A stretch of 64,000 bases of DNA from an uncultured Alphaproteobacteria bacterium (GCA_903937405.1 CAIZZE010000059.1:14075-78074), one strand, 5' to 3'. Positions 1 through 11,241 are shown, counted from the first letter of the stretch. The notes: a model not told the origin generated them from the letters alone. Translations and numbers: made by a program.

Positions 1-592
1 GAGATCCAATTAATAAACAACCGCGCGGAATTCTGGCACCAACATCAGTATATTTTTTGGCATCTTTTAAGAAATCGACAATTTCAGTGAGTTCTTGTTT
101 GGCTTCATCAATGCCTGCAACATCAGCGAAAGTAACTTTGGTTTTGCTTTCCTGCAAAAGTTTGGCGCGTGATTTTCCAAAACCAAAAGCACCGCCGCGA
201 GACCCGCCACCAGAAGCGCCGCGAGCAAAAAATATCCACAAACCAATCATTAAAATAAAAGGTAACCAACCTAAAATTCCGGCAATAACTTTTTCAGACT
301 TGCTAACCAAAGGCAGCGCGTTGATTTCAACACCTTTTTCTTGCAGCGCTTCAACTAAATTAGGATATTCTGGAAGATAAGTATAAAATTGACCGCCGCT
401 TTTAAATTTTCCGACCAAATCATTTCCTTTGATGTCAACTTGATTAACTTCACCGGCATCAACTTTTTTCATGAATTCACTAAAGATCAACTTATTGCCC
501 GACACACCGTCAGGCCCGCCAATTAAGTTTGAAATTGTCATTACCACAGCAAAAATAACCAACCAGATGAAGAAGTTTTTTGAATTTTTCAT
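1..592 (-). CDS. ftsH: ATP-dependent zinc metalloprotease FtsH, N-terminal part (3' end lies beyond the window)
   Basis: Not in ORF track because it is open at the window edge. Minus-strand translation from ATG 592-590 reads MKNSKNFFIWLVIFAVVMTISN...GFGKSRAKLLQESKTKVTFADVAGIDEAKQELTEIVDFLKDAKKYTDVGARIPRGCLLIGS. This is a canonical FtsH N-terminus ending just before Walker A. Confidence 0.9.
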   Translation of the reverse strand, partial: MKNSKNFFIWLVIFAVVMTISNLIGGPDGVSGNKLIFSEFMKKVDAGEVNQVDIKGNDLVGKFKSGGQFYTYLPEYPNLVEALQEKGVEINALPLVSKSEKVIAGILGWLPFILMIGLWIFFARGASGGGSRGGAFGFGKSRAKLLQESKTKVTFADVAGIDEAKQELTEIVDFLKDAKKYTDVGARIPRGCLLIGS

Positions 593-798
593 GAAATTTT
601 TTTAGAAATTTGAAGCAATATTTATTAGTAAAGAACTTAGGAATGAATTGAGTAATTTCAATTGCTGATTATTAAAATTAATCACATTTTTTATAAAAAT
701 TCGACACCATCCCTAATTCTTGAGATAGGTATAAATAAAAAGAGTCCCTAAATTGTGGGATCAAAATAATAATGAACCAAACATCTTGCTGAAATATT

Positions 799-1617
799 AT
801 GATAACACTTCCATATACAGAAATTATCGATCTAAAATCAACTTATAATGAAGTTGAATATAGTTTATTCATAAGAACTCCCAATGATTATAAAACTAGT
901 AACAAAGCTTATCCAAGCTTGTTTTTGCTCGATGCGCAATATTTGTTTTCAGCTTGTTATGGAGTTCAGAAAATTTATGAAAATTACATTATTATTGGCA
1001 TTGGACATAAAGATTTCGACTTTAAAGAACTAGATCAAGAAAAACGCGGACACCTAATTGAAATCAACAGAGATAGAGATTTTTTGCCCTGGAAAATAAA
1101 TAGAAATATTTTTGCTAAGGGAGTTAGTGAAGCTGAAATTGATGAAATTGTTAGCGCTTCTGGACAGGCTGAAAAATTTGCCGAGTTCATAAGCTATCAA
1201 GTCGTTGCGTTGATTGATCAGAAATTCAGAACCACCAAAGACCGAATTTTAATCGGCCATTCATTCGGGGGAGTTTTTGTGAGCTTTATGTTATTTTGCC
1301 ATCCTGAAAATTTTACGAAATACATCGCTATTGCTCCAGTTTTAGCCTCCGAATATTATCAAGAAAAAAAGATGTTTGAAGCTTTGAAGAGAAAAATTTC
1401 TGACACAAAAAAATTTGCTTATTTTTCAATTGGCGGCGAAGAGAGAGATAATCGTATTAATAACTATGTTGGCGTAGTAGAAAAATCTTGTTTAAAAATT
1501 GCAGAACTTTCCAACATCGTCGGCAAAGTTGAAGTAATCGCTGCAGAAAATCATGTGTCAGTTGTAACTCCAAGTATTTGGCGCGGACTAAAGTTCTTTG
1601 ATGAGAATTTAAACTAA
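799..1617 (+). CDS. alpha/beta hydrolase, putative esterase family (IroE/COG2819-like)
   Basis: 272 aa ORF. It has a GHSFGG nucleophile elbow, and the YPSLFLLDAQYLF N-terminal block is typical of this esterase family. Confidence 0.65.
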   Translation: MITLPYTEIIDLKSTYNEVEYSLFIRTPNDYKTSNKAYPSLFLLDAQYLFSACYGVQKIYENYIIIGIGHKDFDFKELDQEKRGHLIEINRDRDFLPWKINRNIFAKGVSEAEIDEIVSASGQAEKFAEFISYQVVALIDQKFRTTKDRILIGHSFGGVFVSFMLFCHPENFTKYIAIAPVLASEYYQEKKMFEALKRKISDTKKFAYFSIGGEERDNRINNYVGVVEKSCLKIAELSNIVGKVEVIAAENHVSVVTPSIWRGLKFFDENLN

Positions 1618-1707
1618 AATTTTTCTAAAAATAAATTTTAAATTCAAAGACTTAGTGTTGATAATTTTTTTACGAAAGATTCGTTTATTACTCAGGATCT
1701 TGGTGTT

Positions 1708-1730
1708 TTAATCAAACGAAGTGTGATTAA
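1708..1730 (+). repeat. degenerate copy of the GAAG-loop hairpin motif (ttaatcaaacGAAGtgtgattaa)
   Basis: Same architecture as the 29-nt motif at 18759-18787 and 43287-43315 (aattcaaacGAAGtttgaatt), with a few substitutions. Confidence 0.35.
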
Positions 1731-1758
1731 TTGCTTATTTTACCTGTAGTGACGAGAT

Positions 1759-1839
1759 AAGATCCTGAAAAATTTGGGGGGATGACGATGCAGGAAAGTC
1801 ATTGAAGCTGCATCATCCTGAACTTGTTTCAGGGGGATT
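1759..1839. repeat. palindromic element, family 'GATCCTGAAACAAGTTCAGGATGAC' (degenerate copy)
   Basis: Left arm gatcctgaaaaatttggggggatgac. Right arm atcatcctgaacttgtttcagggggatt. The right arm closely matches the arms at 43168-43195 and 26248-26275. Confidence 0.6.
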
Positions 1840-1883
1840 TATCTATCCGTAATTTAATGCGTTAGCCAACTAAATTTTAGACA

Positions 1884-1921
1884 ATAAAAAACCCGCTTAA
1901 CTGTTTAAAGTTAAGCGGGTT
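1884..1921 (-). terminator. rho-independent terminator downstream of 5S rRNA
   Basis: Minus strand reads aacccgcttaac-tttaaaca-gttaagcgggtt followed by TTTTTATT. The stem is a perfect 12 bp. Confidence 0.7.
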
Positions 1922-1963
1922 AATTTTTTATTTTAATCGTAGCAATTTAATGTCACTTATAAG

Positions 1964-2080
1964 CTTGGCGACAACCTACTCTCACTGGACATAAAGACCA
2001 AATACCATCGGCGCGACGTACGTTTCACTTGCGAGTTCGGAATGTGATCGAGTGGTTCCATACCGCTATCCTCACCAAGC
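1964..2080 (-). rRNA. rrf: 5S ribosomal RNA
   Basis: Reverse complement reads gcttggtgaggatagcggtatggaaccac...ccgaactcgcaagtgaaac...gcgccgatggta...gagagtaggttgtcgccaag. It is flanked by complementary aatttaatgtcactt / aagtgacattaaatt processing stems. Confidence 0.9.
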
Positions 2081-2211
2081 CAACAAGTGACATTAAATTA
2101 TAATAATCGATAACTAGAGTAATACCTGCTATTTCAATTGTGTTGTTTATCTCAAGATCCTTACGAATCTTTAATTCGAGCTAGTGTATATTATACCACA
2201 CATAGTTCAAA

Positions 2212-4978
<2,767 letters not shown>

Positions 4979-5160
4979 AATCTATGTGCAGAATAATCCA
5001 CACTTTCGCTCGAATTAAGAATTATAAGGTTTTTCTTGAGATAAACTATTATATATAACAATTCGTTAAAATTGTTTTCAGTTTATTGAAATCGCATAAA
5101 TTAATACGCAGGGCATTGCTGCCACGCGTTAATTTGCGGTATTCTCTAGTTATCAATTAT

Positions 5161-5177
5161 TTACGATGTAAAACAGC
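5161..5177 (-). promoter_or_regulatory. rRNA leader box shared with the 16S leader (boxA-like candidate)
   Basis: Minus strand gctgttttacatcgtaa here versus gttgttttacatcgtgaa at 36902-36919. A second shared box, cattgctgcc, lies at 5114-5123 and 36793-36802. Confidence 0.4.
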
Positions 5178-5357
5178 AAACTTCACAAATCAGAAAAAAA
5201 TCAAAGGCTCAGAAGCGATCTCGCTTATGAGTGGTTTTGACTTTTGAAAGGATTGTCAGTTGTTTAGGACTGCAAGAAGTTTTGACTCAACCAATGCTTC
5301 TGGGTTCAAGCTGTTTGAAAAGCTTTTTTGTAAAAACCAGAAGTTAGGAGGACATGC

Positions 5358-5385
5358 ATTAAACCCACCACTTTTAATATGTCAA
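5358..5385 (-). promoter_or_regulatory. candidate sigma70-type promoter of the 23S-5S unit
   Basis: Minus strand: TTGACA (5385-5380), 16-nt spacer, TTTAAT (5363-5358). The spacer and -10 context resemble the 16S promoter at 37023-37050. Confidence 0.5.
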
Positions 5386-5498
5386 CATCTTAATGTTAAA
5401 AATCTTAAAGTTTTTTTAATATAAAAAAAGGACCCTTGTAACCTCTTGTAAATAGGGCTTCAGGCAATTTTAAAAAAATGACTTTCTTTGTAAAAAGA

Positions 5499-5530
5499 AA
5501 AACTTTTTCAAAATAAATTGAAAAAGTTTT
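5499..5530 (-). terminator. AT-rich hairpin, possible insulator terminator upstream of the 23S promoter
   Basis: A perfect 13-bp inverted repeat aaaactttttcaa / ttgaaaaagtttt, followed on the minus strand by a T-rich tract. Confidence 0.3.
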
Positions 5531-5690
5531 GGGAATTTTTGGCAAAAATTTAAAAGAATGTTTTTATTTAGTTCATACTATGTATGTACAGTGAATTTAC
5601 ATTTTACTTTATAGCTGGAAATAGATTTGCGCTAACTTTTAAAAAAACTCTATTTTTTGGGTCGAACTATACTAAGTTTGGTACTTACAA

Positions 5691-5745
5691 GATCGAGCTA
5701 GTATCTCAAAGACGTACCTCATGTTTTGCTCGATGAGCTAAGTAT
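5691..5745. repeat. degenerate end-copy of the ATCGAGCTA repeat family
   Basis: gatcgagctagtatctc..gacg..ttgctcgatgagctaagta aligns with the left end of the 44436-44773 element (aatcgagctaacatctcgacgacg..tttgctcgatgacctgaagta). Confidence 0.45.
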
Positions 5746-5785
5746 AGAGTTTTTGATAATTTGCTTACACAAAAAAATTTCACGC

Positions 5786-5824
5786 AACAAAAAACCGCCC
5801 CTGAAAAAATTTAAAGGCGGTTTT
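5786..5824 (-). terminator. terminator-like hairpin downstream of rplI
   Basis: Minus strand aaaaccgcc-loop-ggcggtttttt just after the rplI stop. The loop is long (~16 nt). Confidence 0.5.
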
Positions 5825-5853
5825 AAATTTCTTAATTAAAAGATGAGTCGAAG

Positions 5854-6462
5854 TTATTCAGCCTCAACTACTTCTTCTTTTTTCTTTTTAGATGACTTTT
5901 TTGGTTTTTCAACTTGAGCAACTGCTTCCTCAGAATTTTCTACAACTTCTTCAGAGTTTTCATTTCTAGAATTAGTTTTTTTCTCAGCTTTCAAAAGTGC
6001 GCCGATTTCAGATTCACTTCTAGTTACAATCAAACGTACATCGAAATTAACTTCAGAATGCGGAGCAACTTTAACTGAGTAAATACCAATTTCTTTGATT
6101 GGTTTTTTCAAGAAAATGTCTGCACGTGAAATTACTTTTCCACCTACAACTTCATTAATTTTTGCAGCAATAACTGAAGAACTTACTGAGCCATAAAGTC
6201 TGCCATCGTCAGAAGCATTTTCGATAATGATAATGTCTTTGCCAACGATTTGGTCTTTAACTTCAGAAGATGACGCAAGATTTTTTTGATTTTCTTGTTC
6301 AAATTCAACCTTCTTAGATTCGAAGATTTTATAGTTATTTGCAGTAAAACAAATCGCTTTTTTTCCTGGGATTAGGAAGTTTTTCGCGTAGCCGTTTTTC
6401 ACTTCTACAACGTCACCAATTTTTCCCAAGTTGGAAATGGCGGTAATTAAAATAATTTTCAT
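5854..6462 (-). CDS. rplI: 50S ribosomal protein L9 with a Lys/Glu-rich C-terminal extension
   Basis: 202 aa. The N-terminus MKIILITAISNLGKIGDVVEVKNGYAKNFLIPGKKA is typical bL9. The tail ...NSEEVVENSEEAVAQVEKPKKSSKKKKEEVVEAE is extra. Confidence 0.9.
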   Translation of the reverse strand: MKIILITAISNLGKIGDVVEVKNGYAKNFLIPGKKAICFTANNYKIFESKKVEFEQENQKNLASSSEVKDQIVGKDIIIIENASDDGRLYGSVSSSVIAAKINEVVGGKVISRADIFLKKPIKEIGIYSVKVAPHSEVNFDVRLIVTRSESEIGALLKAEKKTNSRNENSEEVVENSEEAVAQVEKPKKSSKKKKEEVVEAE

Positions 6463-6473
6463 GATCCGATTAA

Positions 6474-6809
6474 TTAGATAGTTGCTAGATCTTTTTTGAT
6501 TGGAGAAATCAAAGCCAAATGGCGAGCTCTTTTAATTGCATTCGCAAGAGCTTTTTGTTTTTTAACTTCAACATTAGTAATTCTGCTTGGAATAATTTTG
6601 CCTCTTTCGGACAAGAATTTATTCAACAATTTTAAATTAGTGTAGTTGATTTCAGAAAGAGGAATGTCGCGAAGTGGACAAGATTTTTTCTTTCTGATAA
6701 AAACGCTTTGGTTAACCAAAGAGATTTTGATATAGCCTTCCTCAGTATTCTGAGTAGCGCTGGCGTTATTATTGGTGTTTTTATTTTTATTAGCAGTTCT
6801 AGCAACCAT
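6474..6809 (-). CDS. rpsR: 30S ribosomal protein S18 with an Asn-rich N-terminal extension
   Basis: 111 aa. The core KKSCPLRDIPLSEINYTNLKLLNKFLSERGKIIPSRITNV matches bS18. Confidence 0.85.
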   Translation of the reverse strand: MVARTANKNKNTNNNASATQNTEEGYIKISLVNQSVFIRKKKSCPLRDIPLSEINYTNLKLLNKFLSERGKIIPSRITNVEVKKQKALANAIKRARHLALISPIKKDLATI

Positions 6810-6817
6810 GATACTCC

Positions 6818-7228
6818 TTAAACTTCAAATTGAACTTGATCCAAAACCAAATCTGTTTTGCTTGGCTCTTTCTTGGCGGCAACTTTGCCAGCCTTATAAT
6901 CTTTAGCATTACCAGAAACAAAAAGAGGAGACTCTTCTTGGTGAGCTTCAACTGAGAAAGTCATGTTTCTAATGATGTCTTCGTTGAAACCCATAACGCG
7001 GTTAAGTTCTGCAACTGCTGCATATTCAGCATCGATGTTTAACAAAATATAATGTCCGCGAGAATTTTTCTTAACTTTATAAGCTAAGTTTCTAAGTCCC
7101 CAATATTCTTTGGAAATGACCTTTCCTTTACCGTCGGTAATAATCTTGGAAAGCTTTGTAGTTAAGGCGTCAACGTCTTCGGCGGTTAAATCTTGCCTAG
7201 CAATAAAAACGGTCTCGTAAAGAGGCAT
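6818..7228 (-). CDS. rpsF: 30S ribosomal protein S6
   Basis: 136 aa starting MPLYETVFIARQDLT... It is first in an rpsF-rpsR-rplI arrangement. Confidence 0.9.
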   Translation of the reverse strand: MPLYETVFIARQDLTAEDVDALTTKLSKIITDGKGKVISKEYWGLRNLAYKVKKNSRGHYILLNIDAEYAAVAELNRVMGFNEDIIRNMTFSVEAHQEESPLFVSGNAKDYKAGKVAAKKEPSKTDLVLDQVQFEV

Positions 7229-7333
7229 AAGTAAAAGTTTTTAAATTGAAAATTAATTGCTTTATTTGTCAGCAGCTAAAAATTGGGAGCGGCACAAAGT
7301 ATTTACCGGTTTTTTAATTGCAAGATAATAGTT

Positions 7334-7438
7334 GATTTTAGATTTAGGATTTAGAATTTAAAATTTAAGATTTGAAATTTAGCTTGTAAAATCAACACTT
7401 GCGGCAAATCATTAAATTCTAAATCTTAAATCTTAAAT
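7334..7438. repeat. heptamer arrays: 7 x RATTTRR (7334-7382) and an inverted 4 x YTWAAAT (7411-7438) ending 1 nt before the smpB ATG
   Basis: Read directly: gatttta gatttag gatttag aatttaa aatttaa gatttga aatttag, then attaaat tctaaat cttaaat cttaaat. The first array is enclosed by the 10-bp stem gttgatttta / taaaatcaac. Confidence 0.6.
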
Positions 7439-7439
7439 A

Positions 7440-7874
7440 ATGCAAATCCTTAACCGCAAAGCACATTTTAATTTTGCCATCGAAGAAGAAATCGAAGCTG
7501 GCATCATGCTGCTTGGAAGTGAAGTAAAATCAATTCGCGAAGGCAAAGCCAATATTTCCGAGGCTTATATTGCCGACATTAAAGGCGAGCTTTTTTTAAT
7601 TAATTGTAATATCAGCGAATATAAAGGCGCTAATAAATTTAATCACGCGCCGAAAAGACAACGCAAACTTTTACTTCACAAAAAACAATTAGATAAAATC
7701 ACCGGAAAAATGCAGGTTCAAGGTTACAGCGCCTTACCAATGAAAATATTTTTCAACAAAAAGAATTTTGCAAAAGTAATTGTCGGAATCGGACGCGGAA
7801 AAAAACTTTTCGACAAGCGCGAGTCAATCAAAAAACGCGATGAGAACCGCAGAGCGCAACGCGGCGAAGAATAA
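7440..7874 (+). CDS. smpB: SsrA-binding protein SmpB
   Basis: 144 aa. The length and sequence blocks (GSEVKSIREGKANISEAYI, KRQRKLLLHKKQL) are typical of SmpB. Confidence 0.9.
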   Translation: MQILNRKAHFNFAIEEEIEAGIMLLGSEVKSIREGKANISEAYIADIKGELFLINCNISEYKGANKFNHAPKRQRKLLLHKKQLDKITGKMQVQGYSALPMKIFFNKKNFAKVIVGIGRGKKLFDKRESIKKRDENRRAQRGEE

Positions 7875-7899
7875 ACAATTCACCAATTAATTGTAAAGA

Positions 7900-9978
7900 A
7901 TGAGCATCCAAACTCTACTTCAACCTCTTTCCACATTAAAACGCGTCGGCCCAACAATAACTGATTTTTTAGCCCGCTTGGTTGGAGATGACAAAATTTT
8001 TGATTTATTGCTTCATAAACCAGTGCGCGCCGAAAAAATCATGTTAAGCCCTCGCCTTTTTGAAGTGCCAAATGACAGTCTTGTTGTCATCAAAGCCAAA
8101 GTTGAATCACACCTAAAACCAGCAACCTCGCGCCAGCCTTACAAGGTTATTTGCTATACGCCAAGCGGCTATGTAAATTTGGTATTTTTCAAAATTTTCC
8201 CCAGTCAAATTGCAAAAATGTCAATTGGCTTTGAAATTGCGATTTTAGGAAATTTACAAAAAATTGCTGGCGAAAATCAAATCGTTCATCCGCAAGAAAT
8301 TTTACCAGTAAAAGAAATTGAAAAGCTGCCAAAAATTAATGCGATTTATCCTTTGGGTGCAGCGATTTCGCAAAAATTTATTACTCAAAAAATTCACGAA
8401 ACTTTAGCAAAACTTGAAGAAAATATCGAAGAATGGATCGATCACAATCTTTTAAATCAGCAACTCTGGCCTAGTTTTGTGACAGCTTTAAAAAACCTGC
8501 ATTATTTTGCGTTGGAAGAAAAAAATCGCGACAATTTGCATGAAACGGCACGCAAACGCTTGGCTTATGATGAGCTTCTAGCTTGGCAAATCGCGACTCT
8601 GCTCGCAAAATCGCAATCTGGAGAAAAGAAAAAATTTCATAAACCAGAAAAAAATCTTGCCCAAAAATTTCTTATTTCACTTCCTTTTGAACTTACAATC
8701 GGGCAGTCCAAAGCTATTCAAGAAATTTCCTCCGAAATCAATTCTGATAAAAAAATGTTGCGCCTTTTACAAGGCGATGTTGGAAGTGGAAAAACTGTGG
8801 TGGCAATCGCCAGTTGCCTTAACAGCATTTCACAAGAAAAACAAACTTGTGTAATTGCACCAACAACAGTTTTAGCAAAACAGCATTTGACTTACTTCCG
8901 CAAGCTTCTGGAAGGCAATGAAATCAGAATTGAACTTCTTACTTCCGCCAATACAAAAAAACAAAAAGCTAAAATTCTTACCGATTTGATCGAGGGAAAA
9001 ATTGACATTTTAATCAGCACTCACGCGGCTTTGGAAGATGATGTAAAATTTAAAAAACTGGGTCTGGCAATTATCGACGAACAACATCGTTTTGGCGTAA
9101 TGCAACGTTTAAAATTAGTTGAAAAAGGCCAAGATGTTGATGTTTTATTAATGAGCGCAACCCCTATTCCGCGCAGCCTCATGATGGGTTTATATGGCGA
9201 TATGGATATTTCAATTTTGAATGAAAAACCAAAAAATCGTCAACCAATTGAAACTCTGGTAATGTCAGCAAAAAAAATTGCCGATGTTTATCAATCCATA
9301 AAACGCGCGGTTGCGCGCGGTGAAAAAATTTATTGGATTTGCCCAGCAATTGAAGAATCTGAAGAAGTTCAACTAGTTAGCGCTAAACAAAAATTTAGCG
9401 AATTATCCGAAGTTTTCGGCGCTGAAAATGTTGCGCTACTTCACGGAAAAATGAAAGAAAGTGAAAAAGAAAAAGTAATGAATGAATTTTCTAAGTGCGA
9501 TGGAAGCTTGAAAATATTGGTTTCAACTACCGTGATTGAAGTTGGAATTGATGTTCCTGAAGCAACGGTAATTTTAATTGAAAATTCCGAAAATTTCGGA
9601 CTTTCACAACTTCATCAGCTTCGCGGTCGCGTTGGCAGATCGGATAAAAAATCTTTTTGTATTTTACTTTACGGCGAAAAATTTGGTGTAAATGGCCGCA
9701 AAAGATTGAGCATTTTACGCGAATCAAATGATGGATTTTTTATTGCTGAAGAAGATTTAAAAATCCGCGGAAGTGGCGATTTACTTGGCACCAAACAAAG
9801 TGGTTTTCCCGAATTTAAAATTGCTGATTTAACTTTTGACACTGATTTATTGAAAATCGCCCATAAAAATGCCGAACTAATTTTGTATCACGATCAAAAA
9901 CTGCAAAGCAAAAAACATCGCAACCTGCTGCGACTTTTTAATTATGACGATTGTTTGAGGATGATTAATAGCGGCTAA
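7900..9978 (+). CDS. recG: ATP-dependent DNA helicase RecG
   Basis: 692 aa with Walker A GDVGSGKT, DEQHRFG (DExH), and QLHQLRGRVGR in the helicase C domain. Confidence 0.9.
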   Translation: MSIQTLLQPLSTLKRVGPTITDFLARLVGDDKIFDLLLHKPVRAEKIMLSPRLFEVPNDSLVVIKAKVESHLKPATSRQPYKVICYTPSGYVNLVFFKIFPSQIAKMSIGFEIAILGNLQKIAGENQIVHPQEILPVKEIEKLPKINAIYPLGAAISQKFITQKIHETLAKLEENIEEWIDHNLLNQQLWPSFVTALKNLHYFALEEKNRDNLHETARKRLAYDELLAWQIATLLAKSQSGEKKKFHKPEKNLAQKFLISLPFELTIGQSKAIQEISSEINSDKKMLRLLQGDVGSGKTVVAIASCLNSISQEKQTCVIAPTTVLAKQHLTYFRKLLEGNEIRIELLTSANTKKQKAKILTDLIEGKIDILISTHAALEDDVKFKKLGLAIIDEQHRFGVMQRLKLVEKGQDVDVLLMSATPIPRSLMMGLYGDMDISILNEKPKNRQPIETLVMSAKKIADVYQSIKRAVARGEKIYWICPAIEESEEVQLVSAKQKFSELSEVFGAENVALLHGKMKESEKEKVMNEFSKCDGSLKILVSTTVIEVGIDVPEATVILIENSENFGLSQLHQLRGRVGRSDKKSFCILLYGEKFGVNGRKRLSILRESNDGFFIAEEDLKIRGSGDLLGTKQSGFPEFKIADLTFDTDLLKIAHKNAELILYHDQKLQSKKHRNLLRLFNYDDCLRMINSG

Positions 9979-9986
9979 TCTTCGCG

Positions 9987-10040
9987 CCCAAAGCTTATAC
10001 ATGAAATTTTTCCTGATAAATTTCATGTATAAGCTTTGGG
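9987..10040. terminator. perfect 23-bp stem / 8-nt loop hairpin between convergent recG and the orphan operon
   Basis: cccaaagcttatacatgaaattt-ttcctgat-aaatttcatgtataagctttggg. There is no clear U-run on either side. Confidence 0.5.
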
Positions 10041-10160
10041 CTCCCTACAATTTCAGAATCATCTTTAAAACAAGATTCACTGTTTCATCAATTTTTTCTT
10101 AGTTAAACTTTGAGAAGCCTCAACACTAAATATTGACTGAAAAACTTCATTTTATTCCTT

Positions 10161-10535
10161 CTATGAATAATAGTCTAAGGTTCGACCTGTATAATTATTT
10201 AGGATTTTACTAATATTTTGTTGTGATTTTTCTCTCTCTACTGGTGTCTCAAGATCACTATAAATAACAAAGAATTCAAAATGATGATCTTTTTTGCTTA
10301 TGACAAAAGTACGAATTGGGAGTTTTAACAATTCAACCTTAGCTTTAATAAGATTTTCATTTTTTACCATAGCACTAGAAGATAATAGCAACTCAATGTA
10401 TCTATCAGACCAATTTCCCTCGATGCTATCTTTAGAATAAGTTGGCAAATATTTTCTGTTTAATGCGACAATTCTCTTCTCATCGATAATTACGATGCAG
10501 TAAGGTTGGTTGTAAATTTTATTACTTTTTTTCAT
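10161..10535 (-). CDS. hypothetical protein (orphan)
   Basis: 124-aa ORF. No motif I recognise. It is last in a tightly packed minus-strand cluster. Confidence 0.45.
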   Translation of the reverse strand: MKKSNKIYNQPYCIVIIDEKRIVALNRKYLPTYSKDSIEGNWSDRYIELLLSSSAMVKNENLIKAKVELLKLPIRTFVISKKDHHFEFFVIYSDLETPVEREKSQQNISKILNNYTGRTLDYYS

Positions 10536-10556
10536 TAAATTTTTTCATTAAATGAG

Positions 10557-10823
10557 TTAATAATTTTTCAAAATACAACTATTGGCCAAGCGCAACCCTT
10601 TGATGCTATCATCAGAAGTAAGAATTTTTTCTATCCAACTTTTAGTATGTTCATCTAGGTAAAAAATTTTAATAATAGCCTTGGAGTTATTTTTCCATAC
10701 ATCTTCACTCATCTTGTTCTCATCTTTGTATTTTTTTAATAAATCCAACAAGGCGCGCACGTGAGAGGAAAAAGACATTAATAATTCCAAATTCTTACCA
10801 GCATTTTTTATATCTAATGCCAT
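10557..10823 (-). CDS. hypothetical protein (orphan)
   Basis: 88-aa ORF. No recognisable motif. Confidence 0.4.
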   Translation of the reverse strand: MALDIKNAGKNLELLMSFSSHVRALLDLLKKYKDENKMSEDVWKNNSKAIIKIFYLDEHTKSWIEKILTSDDSIKGLRLANSCILKNY

Positions 10824-10927
10824 AGTAACATTGCGATATAAGAAGCAGATTCAACCTCGTTGTAACCAGATTTCATCATCTTTATAGCAATCACACTTCC
10901 TTCATCATTAATATCATATCCCGTCAT
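10814..10927 (-). CDS. possible 37-aa micro-ORF (MTGYDINDEGSVIAIKMMKSGYNEVESASYIAMLLWH)
   Basis: Hand-translated; it falls below the ORF-track length cut-off. Its ATG lies 2 nt after the upstream stop (TAAGAATG), and its stop overlaps the next ORF start by 10 nt. Confidence 0.25.
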   Translation of the reverse strand: MTGYDINDEGSVIAIKMMKSGYNEVESASYIAMLLWH

Positions 10928-10929
10928 TC

Positions 10930-11184
10930 TTAAATGATATTTTGAGAATTAGCAGCGGTCTCTTCCCATACTAGTTTGAGAGCTTTTGTAACTTCAATTT
11001 CTTGATTGAACAACCTTTTAACTTCTAATTCATCATTTGCAGCACTGCAAAATCCTTGATACTCTTGTTTTATCTCCAAAAGACACACCTGTAAGTCCTT
11101 ATATGACATCATTAATGGCGACTCTTCATCTCTCGCCTGATTATTTTTATCTTTTTTTTGGAATTTTTTAATGAAAGTTTTCAT
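10930..11184 (-). CDS. hypothetical protein (orphan)
   Basis: 84-aa ORF. No recognisable motif. Confidence 0.4.
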   Translation of the reverse strand: MKTFIKKFQKKDKNNQARDEESPLMMSYKDLQVCLLEIKQEYQGFCSAANDELEVKRLFNQEIEVTKALKLVWEETAANSQNII

Positions 11185-11241
11185 ATGCTTAGATCTTGAT
11201 AAAAGTTTTTCTTAAAAGCCGTCGGGTTTTATTCTAAATAT

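Noticed and set aside
57-380. 107-aa plus-strand ORF
   Set aside because: It is antisense to a clearly recognisable ftsH reading frame, and its sequence is low-complexity Pro/Ala/Lys-rich.
1296-1312. catcctgaaaatttt inside the esterase gene, resembling the arm of the palindromic family
   Set aside because: Only ~13 nt match in AT-rich sequence and there is no second arm. It is probably chance.
7334-7438. Possible CRISPR-like or tandem-repeat array
   Set aside because: The units are only 7 nt, contiguous and without spacers. No cas genes are present. It is reported as a heptamer repeat instead.
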